This document shows, in pieces, positions 45,841-61,462 of a DNA stretch of 64,000 nt. A program made the position numbers and the translations under genes. Within the stretch, counting starts at the first letter, position 1. Every line of letters starts with the position of its first letter. Below the pieces are notes generated by a model that worked only from the letters and a program-made list of their open reading frames with translations, made no database searches and had not been told where the DNA came from. Origin of the DNA: the human T2T-CHM13v2.0 reference genome, Homo sapiens; the NCBI RefSeq assembly GCF_009914755.1, contig NC_060931.1; one strand, written 5' to 3'.

Positions 45841-47041
45841 TAGATATGCTTCGTCATTTAATCTCTACAACATCCTTGAGGCTGATATTGTTATTACCTC
45901 CTCATTATAGCTTAAGAAAGTAAGGCATAAAGAGAATAGTTCACTTGCCCAATATCACTTAGCTTATATGTGGCCAAGTTGGCATTCAGACTGCTCTCTT
46001 TCTGCTCTCTGAGTCAGAGCTCTCAGCTATTATGCTGGGATTCTCTCTTTAGTTTCTTTGCTAAGACCACCATAATAGCAATCAGAAGACCTGGGTTATG
46101 ATCCCAGCTCCAATAATATTATCTCCATGACATCTTTACTCTTAGATCCCAGTTTCCTCATACTCTCATCTCACCTACCCCCATGGCATTCATGTCTGAC
46201 TCTCAAGTCTTTGCTGCTTTCCTTATCTCTCTTCCTGGACTTCAGACCCATAATATTTAAGTATTTGCTTTATGAACATTTACACTTCAATGTGTCCAAA
46301 TTAGACATCATCCCAACCAGCTCCTCACATATTGATCTCTTTCTCAATGAATGGTGCCACTAGCCACCTCGTTACCCAAGGAGCGTAGACTCCACCATCT
46401 ATCTCTTCTCTCCACCTCCACCACTGTGCTAGTGCAAGTATGATCACCTCTCCTAAGAAATTCTGACATGGAGTCTCTGAACTGTTCTCCTCACCTCCAG
46501 CCTTACCTTCCTGCACACCATTCTCCATCCTTCACCCAAAGTGAACCCTTAAAACCAAATCTCATCAGGCCACTCTTCTGCTCAGAATCTTTCAATAATT
46601 CCCCATTGTCCTTAGATATATTTCCAAGACCTTAACACTGCTTCCTGGCTCCTGTCTACTACTTCATCTTCATCTTTTGCCACCTTCCTCCCTGGAGCCT
46701 CTGCTTTAGACATTCTGAACTCTTTCTGTTTCTTAAACAAACTCTTTCTCAATATCTTGCCTTGGTTTTTCTCAAATGTTTATCATTCCAACCTGGAGAA
46801 CACCTTCTTCTCTAATGTCTAATATCTACTCAGTCTTTGAGTCGGAAGCCTTGTCTGGGCATCCCCACACTGTGTTGGCTGCCCCTGCCATGTGCTGTCA
46901 TCATACCTCTGTGCTCCTCCCATTGCCTCATCACAGCATTTTTCATTCCTTACTGTTACTGCTTGTCATTAGACACAGGTAGACTGTGAAGACTAAAGTC
47001 AGGAACCTTGGCCTTGATTGCTATTGGTCAGGAGCTCTTAG

Positions 47042-47365
<324 letters not shown>

Positions 47366-48714
47366 TAGATTTCATTTATTAAATGGAAATTATAGTAACT
47401 GCCTAGCCTACATCTCAGAGGTTTTAAAGATATTTAAGAAAACATTTTTAAATCTATAAAACAATAAACAAATATTAGTTACTTTATTATAAACTTAGCT
47501 CTACTCCTAAATTTAAGGCAGGAGAAATAAAACTGAATTTGAGTGACTAGGATCTAGTTGCATTCAAATCACTTTGGAATGTTTTTCTGATTCTGTTAGG
47601 CCTGGGATAGGGCCAGGAAAGTTGTGTTATTGCAGAATTCTTCAGATGACTTGGAAGCACAGACAAGTTTGGAGAGTGGTGCCTTAGAACATTTTTCCTG
47701 ATCTGAAAGGTTATGGTCTTCATGAATCAGTGTGGAGAAAAATATGGGAACTTCCTTGGTCATATTAACCCTACAGAGATAGATCCAGCATATGCTTCTA
47801 GAAGAGAGTCTATTGAAGCCCAATAATATAGTGAGAATTGACCAATCCAGCAAGTAGGTCATATTTAACTTGTAAAAGTCAGAAACTAGTTACTAGGAAG
47901 CAAAGCTTTCGCAGAAAAGCAGAAAACTAACTCATGAAAAAGAACGAATCTCCTATAGCCTTAAGAATAGAAAGACCCTAACACAAGGGTCAAGGAATGA
48001 AGGGGACTGGATTATCTCCCGAAGGAAAAGGAGAATGGTGCAGAGGGTAAGGTAAAGAGACTGTGTAAAGTAACATTTCCTAAACTGGGTCCTATAGGGC
48101 ATTGTTTAAATGAATGTTAAAAGGAGTGCCATGAGAAAGAGTTACAATGTAAAATAAGTATACATACTACATTCCTTTTGCACATTAATATATTATAGAC
48201 TGAGATTTTTGCAATAGAGTTAAATCCTTTTAACATTTTTAAAATTCACATTTCCTAAACTTATTTGTGAATGAATGAATTGTCTTACAACCATTTTGAG
48301 AATAGAGCATTTTAAATTAAACATGAAGGGACTTACTTGTAGTAAAGAAGGAAATTGGGACTCTGCCCTGTAAAAGCTTCCTTGAATCATCATCATCATC
48401 ATTACAAAATATGATCCGCAAAGACTGTAGACCTTGTAAGCAAAGTCTCTTGCTTATCTAATTTTGCATTTTTAGCACCTAATGTAGAGCTGGACACAAA
48501 ATACATGTGGAACTGAATTGCCTTCTGTCACATTTCAATGAATAATATAACAGTGAAGTCTTTGAAGAAGAATTTAATTCTTTAGGCATATTCTCTTCAT
48601 CAAATACTCCCTTAAGAACTTATGTATGCCATTTATATAATTGTCACTGGTTAGGGTTGAACTGTTAAAGTGTATAGTAAATTGTTATGTGAACACGTTA
48701 TATAAAAATAAAGT

Positions 48715-49030
<316 letters not shown>

Positions 49031-49332
49031 TAGTGTATAGCAAAGAGATCTCATAGCCTTGGAGATTTACTATACGCAATTATTTATTTTCTTCCTATGA
49101 AAGTGTATGCTTTCTTTCAAATATTAACCACCTGACATGCTATGAAAAAGCTGTAGGGTGTCAGTCACAATTCAGATTATAAATTAAAGAAAATGATATT
49201 TTAAAGTGCTTTGAAATATCCCTGACACATTTTATTCTCAGTTGCCATTAATTCTTCTACCTCCTTCCATTAGCATCACCACTTCCCTGTTCCAAACTAC
49301 TATCATCTCTCACTTGCACTATTGCATTAGAC

Positions 49333-49681
49333 TAGGGGTCCTTAACTCCTGGGTCTTGGATTGGTACTGGTCCGTGGCCTTTTGGAAACCAGGCCACACA
49401 GCAGGAGGTGAGCAGCTGGTGAGCATTACTGCCTGAGCTCTGCCTCCTGTCAGATCAGCAGTGGCATTAAGTTCTCACAGAGTGGAAACCCTATTGTGAA
49501 CCACACACATGAGGGATCTAGGTTGAGTGCTCCTTATGAGAATCTAATGCCTGATTATCCGAGGCGGAACAGTTTTATCCCAAAACCATCTCCCCTGGCC
49601 CACCCACCCCTGGCCCCAGTCTGTGGAAAGATTGTCTTCCATGAAACCAGTCCCTGGTGCCAAAAGGGTTGGGGACCACTG
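49333..49681 (+). mobile_element. MER1B-type hAT-Charlie MITE
   Basis: TIR-like ends taggggtcctt.../...ggttggggaccactg; 8-bp TSD c(a/c)ttagac at 49325-49332 and 49682-49689. Confidence 0.85.
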
Positions 49682-50472
49682 CCTTAGACTCAAACCTGAC
49701 CTCCATGCTAACTGTTTTCCATGCTTCCATTCTTAACTCAGTCTTATTCCATTCTCCATGCAGCTGTCAGGGTTACTTTTCAAAACATAAATTGGATCAT
49801 GTCACTACACTGCTTAAAGCCCTCCAGTGAGTTCCCTTTGGGCACTCCTCAATATAGCACATAGTGCCCTAATTCTCCATTCTCATCTCCTGGCTCTCTT
49901 TTCTTCCTGTGATCCATCACAAGAACATTCTTTCTGTTTCCTGAAAATGCCAATCTATTTCCCACCATCAGGCCTTTTTGTAAGTGTGTCCTCTAACAGA
50001 AATTCACGCTTTTAGGTCTGGGACTTGCTGCTGCTTTCACATCATTCTGGTCTTGATATTTCTGATTTCCTTCTCAAAACTAGCATCTTTCCCTCTTTCA
50101 CTCCCACTTCCTGTCACCCTGTTTTATTTTTTTCATGGGACATTTCACTATCAGAAATTATCTTGCTCATTTAAAGCTTTCCTTGTTTATGGCCAAGTGT
50201 GGTGGCTCACACCACATTTGGCAGTAATACCAGCACTTTGGGAGGATCCTTTGAACCCAAGAATAAAGACCCCATCTCTATTAAAAATAAAATATAAGTG
50301 AATAAATAAATAAATATTTCTTTGTTTATTATATCTCTTCCACTAAGCTGGGGAAGAGCATTTTCTTTCTGTTTACTAACAACTGGAACAGTGCCTGGCA
50401 CGTAGCAAGCCTTTAATAATTATTTATTGAAGCAATAAATGAAAAAATTAATTGTAATCTAGAATGTTAAAG

Positions 50473-50780
50473 CAGCCGGGCACGGTAGCTCATGCCTGTA
50501 ATCCCACATTTTGGGAGGCTGAGGCAGGTGGATCACTTGAGCTCAGGAGTTTGAGAACAGCCTGGGCAACATGGTGAAACCCTGTCTCTACTAAAAATAG
50601 AAAAATTAGCTGAGTGTGGTGGCGTGTACCTGTGGTCCCAGCTACTTAGGGGGCTGAGGTGGGAGGATCACCTGAGCCCAGAAGGTGGAGTTTGCAGTGA
50701 GCCAAGATCGCACCATTGCACTCCAGCCTGGGCAACAGAGGGAGATCCTTTCTCAAAAAAAAAAAAAAAGAAAAAAAGAA
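50473..50780 (+). mobile_element. Alu (AluJ/S); a degenerate Alu monomer also lies at ~50190-50300
   Basis: Full dimer with poly(A). Confidence 0.9.
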
Positions 50781-50959
50781 AGAATGTTGAAGTAGCTCAT
50801 TTCTTCCTCCCACTAGGAAAATAAATGGCCAGAATTGGCATTCTAATTTCTTAAGACCCCAGAGAAGGTTGAAACAGGACTATCAGCTGTCAAAAGGTTT
50901 AATTCTAACATTTGTTGTTATATCTTCCTATTGCCCAATTATGCTTTTTTTTGTCCTTT

Positions 50960-51800
50960 TAAAAAAATGTGGTAAAATATACATAACACGAAAGTTTCCA
51001 TTTTAGCCATTTCAGTGACATTAAATACATTCATGTGTTCGCTTTGACGGCACATATACTAAAATTGGAATGATACAGAGAAGATTAGCATGGCCCCCGT
51101 GCAAGGATGACATGTAAATTCATGAAGTGTCCCATATTCTTAAAGAAAAAAAATACATTCACAGTATTATGTAGCTATCACCACTATCCATTTCCAGAAT
51201 TTTTTAATCAGCCCAAACAGAAACTCTGTATCCATTAAACAATAACTACCTATTCCTCCCACTCTCCAGCCTCTGCTAACTACCATTCTATTGATCGCTT
51301 CTTTGAATTTGCCTATTCTAGGTCCTTATGTAAGTGAAATCGTATAATATTTTTCCTTTTAAGTCTAGCTTATTTCCCTCAGCATAATATTTTCGAGGTT
51401 TATTCATGTTGTAGATGTATCTGAATTTCCTTCATTTTTAAGGATGAATAATATTTCCCCAGCACTTTGGGAGGCTGAAGCAAGAGGATTGCTTGAGCCC
51501 AGGAGTTCAAGACCAGCTTTGAGCAACATACTGAGACCCCGGCTCTTTAAAAAAACAAAAAGAATGAATAATATCTCATAGTATGGATATACTACATTTT
51601 GGTTATCAATTCACCTGGTGATGAACACTAGGATTATTTCTACCTTTTGGTTTTTGTGAATAATGCCGCTAGGAACATTGGTGTACAAGTATCTCTGTCC
51701 CTGCTCTCAATTCTTCTGGGTATATTTATATATACACCTAGGAGTGGTATTTCAGGATCATGTGGTAATTCTGTGTTCAAGTTTTTGAGGAACTGATTCA
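50960..51800 (-). mobile_element. L1MB-type 3' fragment hosting a U6 copy and an Alu monomer (~51457-51560)
   Basis: tgtggtaaaatatacataac...aactctgtatccattaaacaataac...ggatcatgtggtaattctgtgtt. Confidence 0.75.
51035..51141 (+). pseudogene. U6 snRNA retropseudogene
   Basis: gtgttcgctttgacggcacatatactaaaattggaatgatacagagaagattagcatggccccc...catattctt, then an A-tail. 11-bp TSD aaatacattca at 51023-51033 and 51151-51161. Confidence 0.94.
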
Positions 51801-52904
51801 TCTATTCTTACTGCCTTCTCACTTTTCTTCCAAAATGGTAGCCTTCTAATGCTATGTAGAAAGAAAGTAGCACTTTTGGGATCTAGTCCCATTTGGGAAT
51901 ACCCCGTGCCTTCTTGATTTCCTACCAGGGTGGCTCAATTTCCTGGTGCCTACCATTCTCAAATGAACCAAATCCCTTCATTTTCTTTTCTACTGAACCT
52001 CTAAAATATTTGAAAACATAATTGGATAACACACATAAAAAGCAGCCCTGAACATTTAAACCAGCAGTTTCCCCATGGGAAAACTGATCTCTCATTGATT
52101 AGGATGATTGATGATTTATGGCTGGGTGTAGTCAGCCCAGCAGTTGCCGTTAGACCCAAGCAGCACTGGACTTATAGTATCAAGTGTTGCCACACCCCTG
52201 GCACCTATGTACATATTAAATCAGAGGCTACTATTTGCTTTATTGCTTTTAAACCTAAAAATTCATTATGCTCCTAAAACTTGTCAGTGATTCTCAAACA
52301 CATGAGGCTTGATGTAGCCACATAGAGCTATATGAAGCCCCATTGTTTATGGATCACTTTCTTTTCCATTTTCTCCTTCATGTGACTTTTTTCCATCATT
52401 TTCTTCAGCATGAGAAAAATGTATTCAAAAGATTATAAACAGCAGTTGGTAATCAGTGCATAACAGCTTTCTGTGTATAATACAATCATTAGGTGTACAT
52501 TAGACATTTGGCATAATAGGCATACTGTCGCCAGAATAGAACTCTGTCAAAGTACCAATGCCTCCTGCCTTGAAAATGCACAGATCAAATTTGTATCCCC
52601 CTACGGGTGAGGAAAAATGTAACAGCTGCACAGAATTACTCTGTGACAAAGTTCAACTGATTTTGCTTATCAAATTCTGAATAAAGTCAGTATACATGTA
52701 AATGTATTAATATCAATTTCTATCACATGCCACTTAATATTCCCTAATCTCCTCCTTATTGAAGCTGTATTCTTGATTTTAAAGCTAAATTTGAGCATGA
52801 TTTTAAATCATATCCATAGCTGGTACTACAGCATTAGTGAAAGATGATTTATGATGTTGAGTATTGGCCATACCCCAATTAAAACTAAAATGCATTACTT
52901 ACAT

Positions 52905-53140
52905 AAAATGTCCAGGAGCTACAAATCTATACAGACAAAAGTAAATTAGTGGTTGCCTAGGGCTAGGGGTGAGAAGAGGGAGTGACTGAAAATGGGCATG
53001 AAGGATCATTTGGGGGTGATGAAATGTTCTAAAATTGGATTTTGGTAAGGATTGTATGACTAAATTTACTGAAAGTCATTGACTTGTATACTTATAATGA
53101 GCTAATGTTATGCTATGTAAACTAAACCTCAATAAACCTT
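52905..53140 (+). mobile_element. L1M 3' end fragment
   Basis: aaattagtggttgcctagggctagg...tgatgaaatgttctaaaattgga...cctcaataaa. Confidence 0.75.
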
Positions 53141-53570
53141 TTTTTTTAAAAAAAAACAACTAAACAGCAGTGAACATCATTCCATTTATATCTTTGTGAA
53201 TTGATAACCAAAATGTAGTATATCCATACTATGAGATATTATTCATATCTGTATAAGTATATCCATAGAATAAATTCTGAGATATGGAATGGTGGACTTA
53301 TTCAAATTTCTTATATAAACCACCAAATTATCTTTTAAAGTTAATTCACCAATATAGTCTCTTATCAACAGTGTCTGTCACTATACATTTCTCCACAATG
53401 TTGTCAATACTTGACAATATTCATCTTGTATGTTTTTGTTACTGTGGAAAAAGGCTTGCTGTAGTTAATTTTTTTATTACTGTACTATTTGGCAATTTTA
53501 AAAATATTTTTATTGTCTATATTTCTCTGTGAATTACTTTATCCTTTATCCATTTTTAAAAATGGGTTGT

Positions 53571-53910
<340 letters not shown>

Positions 53911-54019
53911 TTATTCTGCATATTAATTTTCCCTATTATGTATACTGCAAATGTAATTTTCCTATTCCAATTGTTGAAAACCTATATAGCTTAGGAACCA
54001 AATCTAACCCACTGTTTTT

Positions 54020-54760
54020 CATCTTTTTAACTTTTTATTTTGAAATGGTTATAGACTCACATGAAGTTGCAAAGATAGTACAGAAAGGTGCCATGTGCTC
54101 TTCACCCAGTTTTCCCCAGTGGTTACATTTTACATAATTATAGTACAGTGTCAAAGCCAGGAAATTCATATGGGTACAGTATATGTTTGTGTCTATGCCA
54201 TTTTATCACATGTGTAGATTCACACAGCCTCCACCTCAATCAAGATGCAGAAATATTCCCTTATCACAACATCTCCCCGAAGCTACCTCTATATAGTCAC
54301 CGCCATGCACTATATCCAGTCATGCCTGACTCCTAACCACTCATCTGTTCTCCATCTCTATAATTTCATCATTTTGAGAATGTTATGTAAATGGAATCTA
54401 ACAGCACATGACCTTTGAGATTGGCTGTTTTGACTCAACTTAATGTCCTTGAGGTCTGTCCAAGTTGTTGCCTGTATCAAGAATTTCTTTCTTTTTATTG
54501 CTGAATAGTACTCCATTGTATGGATGTACCCACCATCTTCTTTTAAATGACTTATGAGCTCAATGTTATTTTTACATTTTAAACGTTGAAAAAAATTAAA
54601 AGAAGACTATTTTGTAATGTGAAAATCATATGAAAATCAAATTGCAATGATCATAAATAAAGTATTATTGCAACCTAGCCATACCCATTTGCTTATGCAT
54701 TCTATTGCTACTTTCATGTTACAATGGCAGAGGTAAGTAGTTGTGATAGTGACCGCTGTG
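54020..54760. mobile_element. L1M fragment (~54020-54530) and MER58-like DNA element (~54540-54760)
   Basis: L1 3' UTR motifs; cataaataaagtattattgcaacctagccatacccatt. Confidence 0.55.
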
Positions 54761-55013
54761 GAGATGACAGTATGAAAGCAGAGCAATGGAGGGCCAATTC
54801 CTTGATTTTTTTCTAGGCAGCCTTACCCACCTTGGCAGCCTCTCTGCTTGGTTTGCTGAACTTCTCCCCATAGTTCATGGGCTTTCCACTTACTCAGAAT
54901 ATTATTATTATTAATTATTGTTATTTTGGTAAGTGAGAGCTCTTAAGCTTTTTAAATTCTCTACCTGAAATAGTTTTTCATCACAGCCTTGTTTCCCCTT
55001 TTATAAAGGATAT

Positions 55014-55290
55014 GAGCCAGGAGCAGTAGCTCACATCTGTAATCTCAACACTTTGGGAGGTTGAGACGGGAGGATCGCTTAAGCCCAGGAGTTTGAGACC
55101 AACCTGAGAAACACAGGGAAACACCATCTCTACAAAAATTTTAAAATGAGCCAGGCAAGGTGGCACATGCCTGTAGTCCTAGCTACTTAGGAGGCTGAGA
55201 TGGGAAGATCATTTAAGCCCAGGAGGTTGAGGTTGCAGTGGGCCATGATTATGTTACTGCACTGTAGCCTGGGCACCTGAGCAAGACCCT
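55014..55290 (+). mobile_element. AluJ whose tail is expanded into a microsatellite
   Basis: Diverged Alu dimer ending gagcaagacccta. Confidence 0.88.
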
Positions 55291-55652
<362 letters not shown>

Positions 55653-57911
55653 ATACAGAACTTACTGTAGAAATGCACATATTGGCTTCATACTGGCAGG
55701 AATAGCTCAGCCAAAAGCCTAAAGCAACTATAGGACAGTATTACAGAGAGGCAGTGGAGTGTAGTGACGTCTGTGGAACTTAGAAAGGTTATTTAAGCTG
55801 TATGATTCTCAGCTTGCAAGATCTGGGTCATTTTCTTTTCTTCCATTTAAATGAATTTCTGCTATGTAGCTGCCCATAACAAAACCTCTATTTCTCAGAA
55901 AGATTTGGCCATGCAAACAGGCTGTGAGCAGATGTGATGTTTGCAAGGGAAGGGACTGTGGGTGCGGGGAGTGCCATCTTGGACGGTGTGGCTGAAAGCA
56001 ACATCTCACAAAGGCTGAGCAATGGAACAGATAGTGTGTGGGTCCCTGCAGCAGGGTCATCATACTAGTCCTGGACCCCGCCCCCCCCCACCACTTCTGG
56101 ACTCTCAGATTATAAAGAGAGAAATCTATACCTTATTTAAGTCAATACTTTGACTCTCCACTACATGAAGCTGGACCTTCCATCTAAACTGCACAGCCTT
56201 TCAAGGTTGCTCTGAGAAATGTTTAAGAAGAAAAAATCAAAGCACATATACAGAACAGACTTTGTATAGCCTGCCTTTCTGACTTAATTACTCCTTTTTG
56301 TATTTACTACAGAGTAAAGCAAAGAGCTAGACACAAAGAAGGCATTCAATAAATAGTTACGATGAATTGAGCTGAATTTAGTAGGCTGAGATAGGACAGA
56401 TTCCAGTCTTCACACACTCACTTGGCAAAATGTGTACTATGGTTTACATTTCTACATGAGGGAGGCTGACATTTATTCACACACTTCTGTTAGAAGATCC
56501 CCACTGTTAAACAGCCTGAATTCTTTTAAGGGTTTGAAGTTGGCTTCTGTTGCCTTATGAGAGCCCAGGAATTATATCCAGCCTACTGTGCCTACCGAGG
56601 CTCCACGTGGGTCTCAGCAGGCACCAGAAGGCTGACTCAGTGTCACTGTGATCTCCCAGGCAGGACATGCTGCGATCAACAGCAGTCCCAGCTACCACCC
56701 GTTAGAAATCATATGAGTCCTCCCAGGGGTCTGTCCTTTGAAGCATGACTCCATTGACTACTCTCCTAGAATTTCCCACCTCTCTAAAAGGAACATGACC
56801 CTATTATAGATTCCTGAAGAGCTGCCATATTTGGAGAGAGACACCATATTTGCTGAGACCCTTCACTCAGTGGGAAGGATTCTTTGTACCATGGGAAGGT
56901 TGGATTCTCTGAAAGACTCCAGCATGTGAGCACATTACAGATGATAAACCCCATTCAATAGCTCCAACTTCCGCTGCTACCTAATTTTTTTTTATCTTTG
57001 GGAAACAAAGGAGAGGAGATACATCTGTTTCCACATTGTAATAATTCACCATTTAAACTCCCAAAGAATCAGTGGACTTGATCATTCTTAATTATTCCTC
57101 CCATCAGCTAGTGAGTATTCAAAATATGAGATTAAGTAATTTGTGTGTGTCAAGTTACATGGGAGAGAAATAAGACAAAGCAATTTTATATGTTAATAAA
57201 GATAAAATCTGGCATATATGTATAACTTCACAATTTAACCAGTAAGAAATAGGATTACTGCCTTTCCCATCTGCTTGGCAGTGAGGTGTTGAAAAGAAAA
57301 CAGTAAATACTGTATTGACAAAGATTCGGTTGTAGAAAATGAACGATGAGAGATTTTATGCTAATGTATAGTGTTTTTTAAAAAAAGAACATAGGCAAAC
57401 AAAATTGTCCTAACAAATGTAGCTGATCCATTTTGACCACAAGGAATCATTTTGTTCTTATATTTCTGCCTTTTTATGGTGCCCCCAAAGCCACATTTGC
57501 GTTTTCAGTTGGAGAGGCTCCTAGCTAACCTCCAAAACCCTTTTTCTGGCTGGGGTCCATCCTTTGAAGGAAAATAGGCAAAGGGAAACCTTAGCTGACA
57601 GAATCTGGTTTGGCACATCATTTCAACGCTAAGCAGAAATTATGAATTTGGGAATGGGGAAAGGAGTGGGAATGTGGGAAGTGAGGCTCCTCAAAATAAG
57701 ATAACTCAGCTTCAGTGGTTCCTGGTGAGGGAAAGTTGGGAAACCATTTAGTTTCAGAAAAATTGCCTCTGCATATTGAGGAATGAATCAGATTCTATGT
57801 TATCATTTATTGAGCTATTATTTTGTGCCAGGGCATTACATTAAAGTATCTTGTCTACATTTTATTACTGAATTATCACTATCTTGTGGCATGGATCTCA
57901 TTATTCCCATT

Positions 57912-58220
<309 letters not shown>

Positions 58221-58462
58221 CCCATTTTACTGATAAGGAAATAAGGTCTGTGGGAATTAAGTCACTACTTCAGGTCACACTGGGGCAAAGTAGTGGCAGA
58301 GTCAGGATTCTCAACTTTGAGGCTCCTGAGTTCAAGGCTGTTGCTGTTAACCACTGAGCCCACAGTGCCTCCCTTCTATAACACTGACTTCCAAAACATT
58401 GCTATTCAGTTAGCATTTTAATTTCTCGAAAACAATCTTACATGTAGTAAAATCTCAGAAGT

Positions 58463-58876
58463 TGACATAGTTTGGATATGTGTCCCCACCCAAATTGCAT
58501 GTTGAATCGTAATCCCCAGCGATGGAGGTGGGGCCTGATGGGAGGTGATTGGATCATGGGGATAGATTTCTTATGAATATTTTCACACCATTCTCTTGGT
58601 TCTGTCCTTGCAACTCAGGAGTGGGTTCTTGTGAGATCTGATCCTTTAAAAATGTGTGGCCCCTCCCACTTTCTTTCTTTCGCTCCTACTTCCCCCATGT
58701 GATGTGCCTGCTCCCTTTGCCTTCTGCCATGATTGGTTTCCTGAGGTCTCCCCAGAAGCAGATGCCCTGTGCTTCCTGTACAGCCTGCAGAACTGTGAGC
58801 CAATTAAACCGCTTTTCTTTATAAATTACTCAGTCTCAGGTATTTCTTTACAGCAATGTGAGAATGGCCTAATACA
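58463..58876 (+). mobile_element. MSTA-type MaLR solo LTR
   Basis: tgacatagtttggatatgtgtcccc...gaactgtgagccaattaaacc...ggcctaataca. Confidence 0.87.
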
Positions 58877-59301
58877 GAATTATAATCAATATGACATTGT
58901 TACTCTGTGTTATTGGATGGAGATCTCCTGGGTGTCAGGACCTACATTTATACCTCTCTCAAAGCCCAGCATCTCCCACGTTACCTGACACAGAGTAGAG
59001 TCCTAAGAACACCTCAGAATGAATACTCGTTCATGATCTCTGGTGCCATTTACTAATGTTAAAAAAATTTCAGCAACATTATTAGCAATTCATGCACTCA
59101 TGTAAATACAAAGAAATTCATGTATTTATTGAGTTTCAGGTATCACAGGCAAGGGGCTCACTCTGAGAGTCCACCTCATTTTGTGGAACTTGTATTCCTG
59201 GAGGATGGAATACAGTGGTGAGGAGAAAACTAATGAATAAATTGAACAACACCATTTCATCTAGTGATTAGCATGAGAAGAAAATCATAGGTGACTTGAT
59301 A

Positions 59302-60215
59302 TATTAGTTTCCTCCAGTTGCTGTAATAAATCTTAGTAGCTTAAAACAACACACATTTATTACCTTGCAGTTCTGAAAATCTGAAGTGTTCAAATTGGAT
59401 CTCACTGGGCTAAAATGAAGATGTAGGCAGTGTTCTGTTCCTTCTGGGGGGCTCTAGTGTACAGGAGGACAGGTCCCCAGATGACCTCGGCCTAATCAAC
59501 AATCCTCTCTTACTTGCAATTCTCAAGCAGACTGTGCTGAGAATACAACATCCTGAGATAAGGAAGAAATGTCCAGAACAACCTGGGTGTGTCCTCATTG
59601 CTCCTGGAACAGGATGTTCTACAATGCTTGAGCTTAGTGAGCTGAGTGGCACCCAGGGTATATAAACCCAGGGTGGGACGCCACTGGAGTCCCTCAGCTG
59701 CAGTACAACAGGAAGCACGTGCAGACAAGACAATCTGCCTTAGGCAGCTTTCCTGAGTCTTGGGGGACCAGTTTGTCATGGATCCTTGGCTTCTGTTTAT
59801 CCTTGCTGCCTATCTGTGAGTAATAAATCTGCTTTGCCTAACTTGTGCAAGGGTTCTCTCTCACCAGATTCATGCAATAGGCAGAGAACCTTTCCGTAGG
59901 AGAGAATCTGTTTCTTTGCCTTTTCAGCTTCTAGAGGTCACCTGTAGTCCTTGGCTCAAATTTCCTTCTTCTATCTTTAAGCCCAGCAGCACAGCATTCT
60001 CAAATCTCTCTTTGACGCTTACTCTCCTGCCATCACTTACAAGGACCCTTATGATTCCACTGGGCTCACTTGGATTACCCAGAATAGTCAAGCCGTTATC
60101 TCAAGATACTTAATCTCATCATATCTGCAAAGTCCCTTTGCCATGTAAAGTAACAGACATACATACAGGTTTCAGGGATTTAGATGAGAACATCTTTGGA
60201 GTGACATTCTACCTA
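59302..60215 (-). mobile_element. MLT1 LTR interrupted by an ERV LTR (~59458-59898, +)
   Basis: MLT1 sequence ...tctgggggctctag | ggagagaatctgtttc... is split by an insert with TATATAAA (59659-59666) and AATAAA (59822-59827). Confidence 0.7.
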
Positions 60216-60294
60216 TTATGCTACCTATTACAATTGCCAAGAAGTTCCCTAGATTCGATGGATAGGGCAGATGTCAACTTGGAGGTGAATATTA

Positions 60295-60628
<334 letters not shown>

Positions 60629-61264
60629 TAGCTGCAAGACTCCTACTGAGACAGGTCCTTAAAGATCTTTATGACTTTTGGTTTTGGTCTGGTGAGAAAC
60701 ATGCAAATGTTTTGGTCAATGACTGTAACTGGGAAAAGAATGAAAAAAGATGTGGAATACTTAAGAATGAGAAGTGAGGGCAGCAATTCACTTGAAGACA
60801 TATTAATCTTTGTTGATTGATATCCTTATAAACTTCCCTTATTTCCTTATACACTCTCTTTTACATGAAAATAAACTATATTCCACACAATCCTCAAAGA
60901 CATATGTGTAATTCTTCTCCCTTTCTTATCTAGTAAGCCCCTGAGTGACAGAACTATTATTAATTAGGGGATCCAGGATTGAATCCTGGCAGCTGGGCTC
61001 TGTAACCTTCATCTCTAACCACTGTTATTTATTGTTGCTGTTCTTCTGTATTTCATAGACCTTTAAAACCACCATACTTGAGTGATTTCAACTAATATGT
61101 GTGTCCAAAGATGATCAGTCTGCAGAAGGGGGTGAATTATAAAATTTTCCATGAGAAAGTAACCCCAAACTCAATTCTTAAAGCATAGCTTCCATGAATC
61201 AGTTCCACTTCCTGCCGCAAAAGTGCCTGATCAAATGTTTCATTTAAAAATCATGATTTTGTCT

Positions 61265-61395
61265 GGCTGGGCATGGTGGTTCACACCCGTAATCCTAGCA
61301 CTTTGGGAGGCCAAGGTGGGTGGATTGCTTGAGCCCAGGAGTTTGAGACCAGCCTGGGCAACACAGTGAGACTTCATGTCTAAAAAAACCAAAAA
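61265..61395 (+). mobile_element. FLAM-like Alu monomer
   Basis: Left arm only with A-tail; TSD-like aaaa(t/c)catgatttt. Confidence 0.85.
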
Positions 61396-61462
61396 CCATG
61401 ATTTTGGTCTGTAAAGAAAAGTTTTATTGACGAGCACTTTATTCATCAGAATTCCAAGGGCA

